A stretch of 64,000 nt of DNA from an uncultured Lachnospiraceae bacterium (GCA_902785985.1 CADABA010000001.1:425-64424), one strand, 5' to 3'; counted from the first letter of the stretch, positions 48,574 to 58,243 are shown. Notes: a model not told the origin generated them from the sequence alone. Numbers and translations are program-made.

Positions 48574-49014
48574 TTAAACCCTCCTATAGGTTATTCTTAA
48601 CTGGATCTGATATCGTGCCGCGTCACTGCCTATTTCAATCGGATAAGCAGTTAATGTAGGCACAATAGATTTGATCCTTCCCTCATTGATCGTCGGGAAA
48701 TTACGCAAAGTATTCTGTTCAAGTACCCATGCAACTACTTCATCGTAAAATCCCAAATTCGCAAGATTTTGTTCTACGTCTGAACCGTAGCTTTCCTTAC
48801 TCGCGAAAATATAATTGATCGACTGGATGTCGGCGGGTACTTCCTCACCCAGTACGTTCTCCCGGTAATTTATCTGAGACGGCACAGCATACAGCGCGTA
48901 TTCCGTCGGATTTTCCGCAAGATAGTCCATTCGGAAACGATTGCCGTCGGATAAAGCCGGACAGCCTCGAAACCAGGCCCGAAGCTGTTCTGCATTATTT
49001 AATTCCAGCGACAT
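48574..49014 (-). CDS. Tail terminator-like protein
   Basis: NLGFYDEVVAWV...ARYQIQLRITY; position before the tail tube gene. Confidence 0.7.
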   Translation of the reverse strand: MSLELNNAEQLRAWFRGCPALSDGNRFRMDYLAENPTEYALYAVPSQINYRENVLGEEVPADIQSINYIFASKESYGSDVEQNLANLGFYDEVVAWVLEQNTLRNFPTINEGRIKSIVPTLTAYPIEIGSDAARYQIQLRITYRRV

Positions 49015-49456
49015 TTTTTACCTCCTCGATAATATCTGGGAGTCTGTCAGCTTTCATCCGCTCAAACCAGAACGATCCTGCAAGAGGATTCGCGTCCTTT
49101 GAGTATTGCAGTTTTCGTCCGGTCGGATGTTTCTTCTGCCCCGGAGGACTGAACCACCGTGTAGGTACTCCGCTGTTATCCTCAAATACCGGAATGTTCG
49201 GACCATAAACCTCTCCGTAATACAGGTAACGTGCATATGGTGAGCGATAAACTATTCTGCCCGTGCCGATTTTTGTATGCGCATACGGATCTTTTGCAAG
49301 ACTACCGGTTTCCCACGGCGTATATGCAAGCATATAGTCGATCACTGTTTTATCCAACGTTTGCTGTACGAGTCCTCCCTTTTCCAGGTTATACTTTTTC
49401 AGCAGAGCCGCTGTGTCCGCAGGCATGTATACCTTTTTTACGTTAATCGAAATCAT
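48995..49456 (-). CDS. Minor capsid / neck protein
   Basis: PYARYLYYG...AGSFWFERMK. Confidence 0.78.
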   Translation of the reverse strand: MISINVKKVYMPADTAALLKKYNLEKGGLVQQTLDKTVIDYMLAYTPWETGSLAKDPYAHTKIGTGRIVYRSPYARYLYYGEVYGPNIPVFEDNSGVPTRWFSPPGQKKHPTGRKLQYSKDANPLAGSFWFERMKADRLPDIIEEVKNVAGIK

Positions 49457-49860
49457 GCTCCTACCACCTTCCAGTGTGGCTCCCTTGGCGCACGTCGGTT
49501 ATCAGTCACTCCCAAAATGGTGAACGCTTCATACCGACTGTGCAGATCCTTTGGTTTCAGACCCGTTTTCGTTACTTCGCCCTTAACGATAATGTCACCG
49601 TTTGCCAGAGTAAACAAACCGCTCACATCCTCTGAAGTCGCGTAATCCTGCGGAGATGCATACGATTTCTTTCTGAAATCAGCATCCTCCGGGATCCGGA
49701 TAATGAATTTGTTTGCAGCCTTCAACCCTTCATCAACGGTTGACACTATTTCACAATACCAGGACACGCCCTCGATCACGGATGGGATGTAAGTGTCCTT
49801 ATCGTTTGCGGTATCCAGTTTGGCATTGAATACGGTTATGGTCTCATTCGCTAACCTCAT
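49453..49860 (-). CDS. Head closure / head-tail adaptor protein
   Basis: TITVFN...GVSW...FTLANGDIIVKG...HWKV. Confidence 0.7.
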   Translation of the reverse strand: MRLANETITVFNAKLDTANDKDTYIPSVIEGVSWYCEIVSTVDEGLKAANKFIIRIPEDADFRKKSYASPQDYATSEDVSGLFTLANGDIIVKGEVTKTGLKPKDLHSRYEAFTILGVTDNRRAPREPHWKVVGA

Positions 49861-50249
49861 AGATCCAGCCCCCTATAGAGCAACGGCGTACCGTAATCGT
49901 CGGTCTCACCGTAGAGCAGGCTTTTCACGGCTGAGTACATACTTTCTGATGCTGCTGCTGCCTGTTCTGATGCACTGCCGTAGTTTTCCGAATACCCATC
50001 TGTATTGAAGGACGATACTGCCGGATTATCCGCCTGCGCGTCCGTTCCAAACTTCTCATCAAACTTAATGACCTGCATCATACACAGTTTTACAGCTTCA
50101 GGGACGGATGCCATGTTTTGAACACGGCAGTCCGTCCAGTAATCAATCCGTTTCCTCGCCCTGAACTCAAACAAGGTGAAATCCGCCTCCGGGAGGTCTC
50201 CACCGTAACTCTGGTATTCTTCATACGTCAGATATCTCATGTGTAGCAC
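49857..50249 (-). CDS. Head-tail connector protein
   Basis: YLTYEEY...IDYWT...VKLCM...DGYSENY...LLYRG. Confidence 0.8.
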   Translation of the reverse strand: MLHMRYLTYEEYQSYGGDLPEADFTLFEFRARKRIDYWTDCRVQNMASVPEAVKLCMMQVIKFDEKFGTDAQADNPAVSSFNTDGYSENYGSASEQAAAASESMYSAVKSLLYGETDDYGTPLLYRGLDL

Positions 50250-50269
50250 CTCCCGCCATCCTAGAGCGA

Positions 50270-51472
50270 TCAGCCCAGGGAGATGATACGGGCAATCGGG
50301 ATTGCCTTGTGATTGATGTACTCCTTGGAAGAAGCAGCATTGTCGTTCACAAGCTCCCAGTTTGCGCCGTTTTCCAGCTCTGCATCGGTCGGAGACAGGG
50401 AAGCCATGGAAGCCTTCGTAAAGCTGATGCCATACGGGGCAAATGCCTTTCTCTGACGGCTGTACAGCGTATCCTCGCCGCCGTTCTTAGCCGGATCACG
50501 ATCGGTCTCATACGGAACCTTCGCACCACAGTTTGTGTACTCAATCGCGCCGTCACCCAGGACATAAGTAACGTATCCGGTATCGTAAGCTGTCACCTCA
50601 TAGTAGCTGCTGAGGCTTTCAGCGGACGGAGTTTCAACCGGAGTATACACATAGTTCGGAGAAGATCCAGAACGGGTGTAATAGGTCTTACCCTCGACAA
50701 GTGCCTGATCAGAGGTCTTTGCATAAGTCGGATTGACCTCAATAACCGGCATATTGTCATCCACAAGGACGGTCCTGCCGTTCAGAGTGCCGATAGCAAG
50801 ATCCCTCTGCATACCGTTCGCATCGTTGTACTTCAGATAGACCAGGAGTCTCAGGTTTTCCAGGTTGGTAGCAACCATAGAATGCATGATGGCAAGGCTG
50901 AACTTGCTCTTGTTGTCACCACAAGCCTTCTGCATCGTGGTGTTAAGAGTAGTGCCATCCATTGCACCGGTCACACCTTCGCTGTTCTGCTTTGCGGTCA
51001 CGTCATTGGTATGAGCAGCCACAAAAGCAGCGCCCGCAGTGTCAGTCATGGAAAAGACACCGTTCAGGACATGCACGATGGTAGCCTGATCAATCTCTTC
51101 CCAGTATTCAGAGATCTGCTGCGCGACGTTCTCCAGGAAGTCCTCACCGCCGGTGATGTCATAGGAGAAGTCCTTCTCAGTCCATGCGTTTGCACGACCG
51201 ACAACAACACGGGAATGAGAGAAGGTCTTAGTCCCGTTCGCGGTCAGGTTCGTACCGCCGTCATAGTTCTGAGCAGCCCCGCCGATCAGGCCCTTCAGGG
51301 GAGTGGTGATGTAGTTGCCGCCCACTTCGTCAGCCATAGCCGTTGCAAGATCGGGTCTCGGACGGATAGCGCGGGAGCGGATCAGCTCATTTCTGTTGAG
51401 GTTCGGAATGCGATCAACATACTGCTGGAATACTTCAGCATTGAAAAGTTTTGCATCAAAAATACCAGGCAT
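50270..51472 (-). CDS. Major capsid protein
   Basis: FDAKLFNAEVF, AWTEKDFS, VLVDD, GGEDTLYSR, HKAIPIARIIS; follows the scaffold gene. Confidence 0.9.
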   Translation of the reverse strand: MPGIFDAKLFNAEVFQQYVDRIPNLNRNELIRSRAIRPRPDLATAMADEVGGNYITTPLKGLIGGAAQNYDGGTNLTANGTKTFSHSRVVVGRANAWTEKDFSYDITGGEDFLENVAQQISEYWEEIDQATIVHVLNGVFSMTDTAGAAFVAAHTNDVTAKQNSEGVTGAMDGTTLNTTMQKACGDNKSKFSLAIMHSMVATNLENLRLLVYLKYNDANGMQRDLAIGTLNGRTVLVDDNMPVIEVNPTYAKTSDQALVEGKTYYTRSGSSPNYVYTPVETPSAESLSSYYEVTAYDTGYVTYVLGDGAIEYTNCGAKVPYETDRDPAKNGGEDTLYSRQRKAFAPYGISFTKASMASLSPTDAELENGANWELVNDNAASSKEYINHKAIPIARIISLG

Positions 51473-51503
51473 AGTTGTTCTCCTTTCTGGTAGTGGTCAG
51501 AGA

Positions 51504-52199
51504 TCATTCTCCAAAGTTGATCTCCGCATTCGGGTTAGCATTTTTCAGTTTCATTGCCTCGGAAAGAGACATCTTTTTCGGAGCGGGAGTAGACTTTCCC
51601 GGAAGTACAATAGTCGGAGCCGGTGTGGGATCCGCCGGTTTCGGATCTGCCGGAGGCGTTTCCTGGACAAAAGCACCCGGATCGGTCTCTTGATACTTCG
51701 CCACAAAGTCTGTGTAGCCCATCAGCGTATCGCCGTCCTGCTTGAACTGTTGCGCAATGGCATCCTCGATAAAGGCTTTTTTGGCCGATGCGCTGGTAAA
51801 CTTCAGCTCGTTGGCTTTGCTTTTGATAGCGTATTCATACGCCTGCTGCGCGTTCTTAGCCGCCCACGCTTTGCTGTCCGTGTCATACTTAGACTGCAAT
51901 TTGGAAAGCTGTTTCTGCGCCTCTGCAAGCTGTCCTGCGTCTGCCTGTGCAGCTGTGAGCTGTTCATTCAGTCCGGCCAGATCTGTATCTCTCTGGGAGA
52001 TCTGCTCCTGCAAGTCTGTCACCTGCTGCGTAAGCCCATTCACTTTGTCATCGTACTTGCTACGGCTGACATAGCCACCCTCAGACAAATCCGCAAAACG
52101 GACGTGCTTTGTCTTGTCCGGCTGATTCGCATTGACCTCATTGATCTTTGCGTCCACCTGTGCAAACAGTTCCTCGCCTAATACTTCCTGTAATGTCAT
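51504..52199 (-). CDS. Capsid scaffolding protein (Gp20-like)
   Basis: GYVSRSKY, coiled coil, Pro-rich C-terminus. Confidence 0.8.
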   Translation of the reverse strand: MTLQEVLGEELFAQVDAKINEVNANQPDKTKHVRFADLSEGGYVSRSKYDDKVNGLTQQVTDLQEQISQRDTDLAGLNEQLTAAQADAGQLAEAQKQLSKLQSKYDTDSKAWAAKNAQQAYEYAIKSKANELKFTSASAKKAFIEDAIAQQFKQDGDTLMGYTDFVAKYQETDPGAFVQETPPADPKPADPTPAPTIVLPGKSTPAPKKMSLSEAMKLKNANPNAEINFGE

Positions 52200-52427
52200 C
52201 TCTTCCTCTCTTTCTGCGGCTGTACCCGCCGCTATATCACAGTTTTAAGCCCGTATGAAGGGGCAAGTTCGGAATTTCTATAACCGGATCCGTACCGGTA
52301 ATATATGAAAAGGACCCTGAAACTTCAGGATCCTTTATCACCAAAAAAATTATATTCCGGTGTTTTAATCGCCGTATTTGCGGAAAAATTACGAATAAAT
52401 GACTAAAAACTCACTTTTTATGCGTTT

Positions 52428-52676
52428 TTAGTCATTCACCGTAACATTTTCCAGTTTTACATAGACATCGACGTAGGTTCTCTTTTTGTCTCCATCATAT
52501 GTAAGCTCATAGTATTTGTTATCCGGGACAGTAGTGCTGACAAGCGCTTTCCAGTTCTGAAGCGTCTTGCTGAACCATACGATATACACATCATCCATTG
52601 TGATCTGTACGCCGTCTGTCACGTCAACATGACTGTTGAAGTAATCCATTACTATCCGTCTTGCTTTTTCCTGCAT
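52428..52676 (-). CDS. DUF6275-like protein
   Basis: VYIVWFSKTLQNWKALVST...YYELTYDGDK...YVDVY; start set at MQEKA. Confidence 0.75.
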   Translation of the reverse strand: MQEKARRIVMDYFNSHVDVTDGVQITMDDVYIVWFSKTLQNWKALVSTTVPDNKYYELTYDGDKKRTYVDVYVKLENVTVND

Positions 52677-52689
52677 TTCTGTACCTCCT

Positions 52690-53142
52690 TTACAGCTCAA
52701 TCCCCTCGATCTGTGCGCGAGTTTCAAGCGTCGCAATGTAATCGGCCATCGCTCTTTCCTGGATATTGTAAATACCCCGGCAGCACGTAGGCGTGAAATC
52801 AAGCCGTCCGGCATCCCATTTAATGAGCATCGCCTTCAGCTTTTTGAACCGGATGACCGTCTGCCAGTATTCAGCCCTGAACCGCTCTTTGTAATCCCCG
52901 GAAAGCATCGGTTTGATGGTTTCCGCTAAACCTGTCAGAGGTTCCGGAACGACCTCCCACTCATTTGATGCCACATTCGTAAAAGTGAAAAGCGGATCAT
53001 CCGTCTGCCGGATGTCCAACACCTTCCCGCCCTCACAGTGAAGCATGATCGTGTTTTTCTCCCAGGCCCAATAACCTTTCCATCCGGGAAGTCTCACTTT
53101 TTTGCCATTCATCATTGCTGCTAATGCCTCTCTGAATTCCAT
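52690..53142 (-). CDS. DUF2829 (Tad2-like) domain fused to a helical crAss001_48-like domain
   Basis: MEFREALAAMMNGKKVRLPGWKG...SNEWEVV, then SGDYKERFRAEY...QERAMADYIATLETRA. Confidence 0.65.
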   Translation of the reverse strand: MEFREALAAMMNGKKVRLPGWKGYWAWEKNTIMLHCEGGKVLDIRQTDDPLFTFTNVASNEWEVVPEPLTGLAETIKPMLSGDYKERFRAEYWQTVIRFKKLKAMLIKWDAGRLDFTPTCCRGIYNIQERAMADYIATLETRAQIEGIEL

Positions 53143-53152
53143 GTCTGCCTCC

Positions 53153-54301
53153 TTAAACCTTTACCATTTTGAACCCTTCAACTGTCATCCGATCTTTCCG
53201 CATGGTCAGACCGGCGGCATTCGCCACCATTTCATATTTTGCCGCCAGGGCATTGATCCTTTTTTGGCATTCCCTTCTTAGATCCATATCCCCGGCAGCA
53301 CGACCGGCATTCGCCGCGTCCTTTTCATACCTCACCTGCGTTTCTATTTTCCGCATAAGCTGTGATGCTTCATAAATCGTGTAATGCTTTCCGTCAATCT
53401 CGCAGCCCTTTTGATTATCCTCAGCGTACTTTTTCAGTGTTTCATCACTGTATCGCCGTTTTGAATACTGCGTGGAAAAGCTCATTGCGATGTGCATACA
53501 GTTCCATTCGCCAATAGGACGGCGGATAGATCCGTACTGGTTCCCGTCCACATCCTGAAACGGTAAACCCGCCTGCAGCTTTTCAAATTCTGCTTTCAGG
53601 AATACACGCCCCTGAATCGGTTCATGGTCCGGAGCTGACCGCGCATGAGCTGACAACTCATAAGCGTCGAATCCCAGCTGTTCGCCCATCATGATTGAGC
53701 CGTTTTGTGCTATCTGATTCATGCCGTCTATGATGTTCTGTCGGATTGCCGTGTCCAGTCTCCTGTGATACCCGGAAGGATACTGCATCTGAAGGCCGCC
53801 ATATCCGATTGTCCGGATCGCTCTCCGTGTAGCCGCCTTATAATCCGTCAGCCCATTGCCTGCTGCCAGGATCGCTTCATCCACCGTGCGCCGGTATGCA
53901 CTTGAGGCGATTGTGGTATTTGACAGGTTGATCATGGTTTCCATGGTCTGCCTGCTTACTGCTTCCGTATAGTGCTGTAAAGACTGTTTTGAATCCTCCG
54001 GCAGAGGCGTAAGCGTTAATGCTCGTTCAAACCGTGGATCTGTGTATGTGTCCTTCAGCGCTTCACGATAGAGGCCGTATACCTCCGGGAGACTGACCTG
54101 TAGGGCATCCGCCAGCTTTTGATTGATCTCAGCAATATCCTCATTCATGTCAGCCATGACCGTAAGGATATTGATGGTAGACGGGATCAGCTCACCGATT
54201 TTCTTAACCTGTTTTGCCACTTTGGCAATAAAAAAGGCATTCACTGTATCGAAATGCCTCATGATCTCATCGACCTTTTTATCAATATCCTTCTGCGTCA
54301 T
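53153..54301 (-). CDS. Minor capsid protein (head morphogenesis, MuF-like)
   Basis: SAHARSAPDHEPIQGRVF, GEWNCMH; follows the portal gene. Confidence 0.82.
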   Translation of the reverse strand: MTQKDIDKKVDEIMRHFDTVNAFFIAKVAKQVKKIGELIPSTINILTVMADMNEDIAEINQKLADALQVSLPEVYGLYREALKDTYTDPRFERALTLTPLPEDSKQSLQHYTEAVSRQTMETMINLSNTTIASSAYRRTVDEAILAAGNGLTDYKAATRRAIRTIGYGGLQMQYPSGYHRRLDTAIRQNIIDGMNQIAQNGSIMMGEQLGFDAYELSAHARSAPDHEPIQGRVFLKAEFEKLQAGLPFQDVDGNQYGSIRRPIGEWNCMHIAMSFSTQYSKRRYSDETLKKYAEDNQKGCEIDGKHYTIYEASQLMRKIETQVRYEKDAANAGRAAGDMDLRRECQKRINALAAKYEMVANAAGLTMRKDRMTVEGFKMVKV

Positions 54302-55839
54302 TCTTCATCACCGCCAGATTCCTCCTGTTCGGGAAGCGGACCGCCTCCGTTCCCCTGATCCATCGGTGGCATAAGCGCCTGCATCTCTGTAGATTTCTCA
54401 TCAGAAATGCTTTCGATGGCTGCTTTCGCCTGCGCTTTGGTCTCACCGAAGTACCATTCACGGAATTCTGCCTTGCCGATGATACCGGCATTCAGCATCA
54501 TCATACGCTCCTGCATTTCCGCATCGGTATCAGTCAGAATCGAATCATCCCACTCAAACGACACGTCATATTCACCTTCCGGGGCCAGATGATACACTGA
54601 AGCGTATTTATCCATCGCCCGGACAACGCTTTTCAGGCATCGCTCTAAAGATGCCTGATTGTCAGCTATCGTGGCATATGACCTCTGCTTGATGATCTTC
54701 AGCTCTGTAGCCGTCCGCGCCTCTACGTTCGCATCTGAGAGTGTCCCACGGGATAGCCCGGTCAGATCCTCAATCCTCATTAAGTGCTGATTCAGGCCGT
54801 TCATGAGGCTTGCATCTCGGATGTTCGGGGAGAACACGTCGTACAGATCCCTGTCACCTTTATCAATATCGACCGCACGGAAAAGGCGCTGATTCAGCTT
54901 CGGCATTTCCACGCCGCCGCCCTCTGTCCGTCTCGGTCTCAGGGCTGTCGGGTCAACGTCAATCGCAAGCTCGGATCCCTTAAATTCCCAGATAAGCCGT
55001 GAATACTGTTCATCCGCCTCGCGGATCGCGTCTATCGCTTTAGCAAACACGGACGCGCCCAAGGGGCTGTCCACGTCAACATTGTTCGCAGCTGCCACTT
55101 TGTACCAGCCGAAAAGCGGGCCGTCCGTCTTTGTGACTGTCGCTTTTTCCTGAAGGCTTGACCATCTTTCGACTTCCTGGAGGCTGATCTCTGTTCCCAG
55201 GTTATCCTCCATGGTGGATTTGAATGCCCTCTGCGTAATTTCCACGTTGTCTTTCACGACCGTATGACGTTCCAGGCGCGTGTAAATGATTTTCCCGTCC
55301 CTGAAAATGTCAGGGATGATCACATCTGACAAATTGCCGTCATCGTCAAATGCCAAGGGATAAAAGCCCCAATCCATCGCCCAGTCAAAATATATATGCC
55401 CGTCATCCGTATTCGGATACGGCTTGATGATCATACCACCGGCGGCGCATCCCTGTTCCAGCTTCAACCGGAGGGAATGCATCAGCTTTTCAAATTCTGC
55501 CTTCAGGTACTCAGCACGGGGATTCATGATATCCTCGCCGTCCTCGTTCTGTGTAGCCCCCTCACCGTCCTTCCCTGTGATGTTCCATTTCATCTCCAAT
55601 ACGATTTGACGTGCTATCTCGGAGCTGATAAAAGCAGGGAGGTTCATGGACTTCACGCCTTCCTCTGCGTTAATCCATGGAGCCTTGTTACGATATAACT
55701 CATACCAGAAATCAAGGGCATTTACCATATCCGTAGATAAAGGCGTTTCGATATGCTCCGCCTGCTCTATCGACCTATACGGTATCATCTTTCTGAACAC
55801 CCCCTTGATTTTTGAAAAAAGCATTGCAAATATATTCAT
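54298..55839 (-). CDS. Portal protein (A118-like)
   Basis: YTRLERH, SPLGASVF, TATE, FEWDDSI. Confidence 0.88.
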   Translation of the reverse strand: MNIFAMLFSKIKGVFRKMIPYRSIEQAEHIETPLSTDMVNALDFWYELYRNKAPWINAEEGVKSMNLPAFISSEIARQIVLEMKWNITGKDGEGATQNEDGEDIMNPRAEYLKAEFEKLMHSLRLKLEQGCAAGGMIIKPYPNTDDGHIYFDWAMDWGFYPLAFDDDGNLSDVIIPDIFRDGKIIYTRLERHTVVKDNVEITQRAFKSTMEDNLGTEISLQEVERWSSLQEKATVTKTDGPLFGWYKVAAANNVDVDSPLGASVFAKAIDAIREADEQYSRLIWEFKGSELAIDVDPTALRPRRTEGGGVEMPKLNQRLFRAVDIDKGDRDLYDVFSPNIRDASLMNGLNQHLMRIEDLTGLSRGTLSDANVEARTATELKIIKQRSYATIADNQASLERCLKSVVRAMDKYASVYHLAPEGEYDVSFEWDDSILTDTDAEMQERMMMLNAGIIGKAEFREWYFGETKAQAKAAIESISDEKSTEMQALMPPMDQGNGGGPLPEQEESGGDEE

Positions 55840-55862
55840 ACCGCATACCTGCCTCCGCCACT

Positions 55863-55892
55863 AAAAAAGCACACCGTTTCCGATGTGCTTTC
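55863..55892 (-). terminator. Terminator after the moron gene
   Basis: AAGCACATCGG-AAA-CGGTGTGCTT followed by a T-run. Confidence 0.7.
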
Positions 55893-55896
55893 CCTG

Positions 55897-56277
55897 TTAA
55901 TGTAAAAAGAACCATATACCTACGCCCGCCGCTATGATCGTAAGGACAAGCCAGAAATAATAGGCTCCTTTCGCACTCGCGACGGCTTGCTTTACGTCAG
56001 CCTCCGAAGTGTACGGATAATCATAACCGCAATCCTGACACACGCCTATGCGCTGCCGGTTGACATTGCTGACACCCGTATGCACTCCCATGCCGCTGCC
56101 GTAAGAACTTAGTCCTGTCCGCGTTATCCCGGATATCTCCTTTCGGATCTTGATATTCCGGCTCTTACAGTTGGGACATAGCATCTTTGATGAATGTTTC
56201 TTTTTTGCAGCCTCATACTTTACATTACTTATGAGAAGCCCGATGAATGCAATAACAAAAAAGATACCGCTCATCAT
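55897..56277 (-). CDS. Membrane protein with Zn ribbon (moron between terL and portal)
   Basis: Two terminal TM segments, CPNC and CQDC; RBS GGAGG; own promoter-like and terminator signals. Confidence 0.72.
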   Translation of the reverse strand: MMSGIFFVIAFIGLLISNVKYEAAKKKHSSKMLCPNCKSRNIKIRKEISGITRTGLSSYGSGMGVHTGVSNVNRQRIGVCQDCGYDYPYTSEADVKQAVASAKGAYYFWLVLTIIAAGVGIWFFLH

Positions 56278-56411
56278 AGTATCCACCTCCTTTGTGGAAT
56301 ACATGATACCACAAAACTGCTAAGAAGTGAATACTTTCAACTATGCCTTTCTCATGCATCCGAAAATGTTGAGCTTTCACCGACAATCCGAAGATCCCGG
56401 AGGGCTTTCTT

Positions 56412-57668
56412 TTATTGACCTTTGCGCTTGTAATAGCGCTCCATCGCATACCGGACAGCATCAATGCCGTGATCGTTCCCGTCCGGGTATCCGCTTATAA
56501 TCTCATCCTGTTCATTCCTCTCATACTCGTATTCAGGGAATTCCTGCGCTGAATACGGGCATCTGATCGGATCTATGACAATCTTTTTCAAGGATTGCAG
56601 CCACTTATAAGAGTATCTGCGGCTATCCGGACCTTTGATCGCTGGACGGCACAGTGATCCATAATCACGATAATCGCCCACGGATTTCTTTTCCGCTGAA
56701 TCTGCCGTGATAAGATCCTGACTCGTTACACCGTGCTGCATGACAAGCCGGTTCCAGGTTTCCGCGTTTGACGTTTTCCAGCACCGCATCTCATCATAGA
56801 TATAAAGGATCTTCCGGTTTCCGTCATAGTGCATCTTGCTCCAATGGAACGGATCCGGATACCAGCCCCAGTCAATCCCCATGAAGATGTTATCGAATGT
56901 CGATATCTCGGAATCGCTCAGGACCCTGATCTCCAGATTGTCAAATACCTCGCCGCCGGTTCCGACCGCATCTCCCAGGTACTCATGCTGGTATGCTCTG
57001 TAATTGGTCTGCTTCAGATCCTCAGCATCATCAATGAACTGCTGCCCCAGCCAGTCAACCGGGACATCCAGATAACAGGATTTATGCCTGTACGCGCCCC
57101 TGTGAGGCTTCAGGACATATTTATTCGCCCAGTTTGACCGGCTAATCGGTGGGTTAAAGGATTTGAAAACCGTGTAACACGGGCCACCACGGAGGATGGA
57201 CTGCTGCACGGATCGGATTTCCTCTTCGCCCGCGAATTCGTCAAGCTCTTCAAACCACAGGAATTTGATGTACCCTTTCGCAACCTTGATGGATTTCAGC
57301 TTTTTGGCCTTGTCCAGTCCACGGAATAAGATCACCTGTCCTGTCGGTTTATACGTCGCTTTATATGGATTTGTTGTGGTTTTCCACAGCTCATCCACGC
57401 CCAGGGCGTTGATCGCCCATAGCACCTGTTCATATACGGACGTTCCGATTGTGCTTGCCACCTTTCGGAACACTGCCGCGTTTGAGGACGGATCCTCCAT
57501 GATCCCCATTACCAGCATCAGACTGATGAAGGATGACTTTGTGGATCCACGGCCACCGTAAAGATCGTAATAAGTGTGTAGCCCGTCTTTTACGTCCCAG
57601 TACACGGGATAGAACGCCGGGGCTATCAGATCGGTAAGGCGTACACCCTCAACGTTACTCTTTGGCAT
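56412..57668 (-). CDS. Terminase large subunit (PBSX family)
   Basis: GGRGSTKS, WFEE, SFNPP, GIDWG, DHGIDAVRY. Confidence 0.95.
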   Translation of the reverse strand: MPKSNVEGVRLTDLIAPAFYPVYWDVKDGLHTYYDLYGGRGSTKSSFISLMLVMGIMEDPSSNAAVFRKVASTIGTSVYEQVLWAINALGVDELWKTTTNPYKATYKPTGQVILFRGLDKAKKLKSIKVAKGYIKFLWFEELDEFAGEEEIRSVQQSILRGGPCYTVFKSFNPPISRSNWANKYVLKPHRGAYRHKSCYLDVPVDWLGQQFIDDAEDLKQTNYRAYQHEYLGDAVGTGGEVFDNLEIRVLSDSEISTFDNIFMGIDWGWYPDPFHWSKMHYDGNRKILYIYDEMRCWKTSNAETWNRLVMQHGVTSQDLITADSAEKKSVGDYRDYGSLCRPAIKGPDSRRYSYKWLQSLKKIVIDPIRCPYSAQEFPEYEYERNEQDEIISGYPDGNDHGIDAVRYAMERYYKRKGQ

Positions 57669-58182
57669 CCCCCGCCGTATCCTCGTCGGGTTTTTGCAGA
57701 GGATTGAATACCGCCGTGTCCGTATTCAGATTTACGGTTCCATGTGGTATGTCGTTGATGATCGCCACCGCCGGACCCTTGCCCTCCTCATTCTTATCTT
57801 CCTGCCAACCCTCAAAATTCATCCGAAGGTTGAACATAGCGCCCCTGGATCCGTCGCGGCTGTACAGCTGTTCTTCATTGTACATCTCGATCCGCAATTT
57901 GGCATCCAGAAGCAGCTCCATGAATTCTTTTTTCGCTTTGTACCGGTTCAGTCCTGTCCTGGTCTTAAACCCCAGCGCATACGCTAATCCGGATAGTGTC
58001 GGAGGCTTTGCCCCCAACATGACAGGATTGCCCCACCGGTCAATGATCGGATCCTCATTGTGGTCTGTAAGGAGCTTTCCTTTGCATTCCTCAAAATACT
58101 CATCAATTTTCTGTTTGAACACTTCGGGATCCGTATATTTCGGCGTTTTATTGCCGTACTTATTCCCCTTTGCGAATGCCAT
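57655..58182 (-). CDS. Terminase small subunit
   Basis: IDEYF...PPTLSGLAYALGF...GAMFNL; overlaps the terL start. Confidence 0.85.
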   Translation of the reverse strand: MAFAKGNKYGNKTPKYTDPEVFKQKIDEYFEECKGKLLTDHNEDPIIDRWGNPVMLGAKPPTLSGLAYALGFKTRTGLNRYKAKKEFMELLLDAKLRIEMYNEEQLYSRDGSRGAMFNLRMNFEGWQEDKNEEGKGPAVAIINDIPHGTVNLNTDTAVFNPLQKPDEDTAGDAKE

Positions 58183-58210
58183 ACGGCTTCACCCCACTCT
58201 CCCTGATATG

Positions 58211-58240
58211 GAAAACCGCCTATCTTGCGATAGACGGTTC
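58211..58240 (-). terminator. Terminator closing cassette 3
   Basis: AACCGTCTATC-GCAA-GATAGGCGGTT-TT. Confidence 0.7.
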
Positions 58241-58243
58241 TGA

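Noticed and set aside
50309-52181. Long plus-strand ORFs (394 aa and 288 aa) and many other antisense ORFs
   Set aside because: Shadows of well-supported minus-strand capsid, scaffold and other genes
1364-57582. GTGTAGC as a codon or amino-acid usage artefact, or as a CRISPR-like array
   Set aside because: Occurs in all three frames and in genes on both strands with fixed orientation; a 7-bp unit at kb spacing is not a CRISPR array, and no CRISPR array was seen in the window
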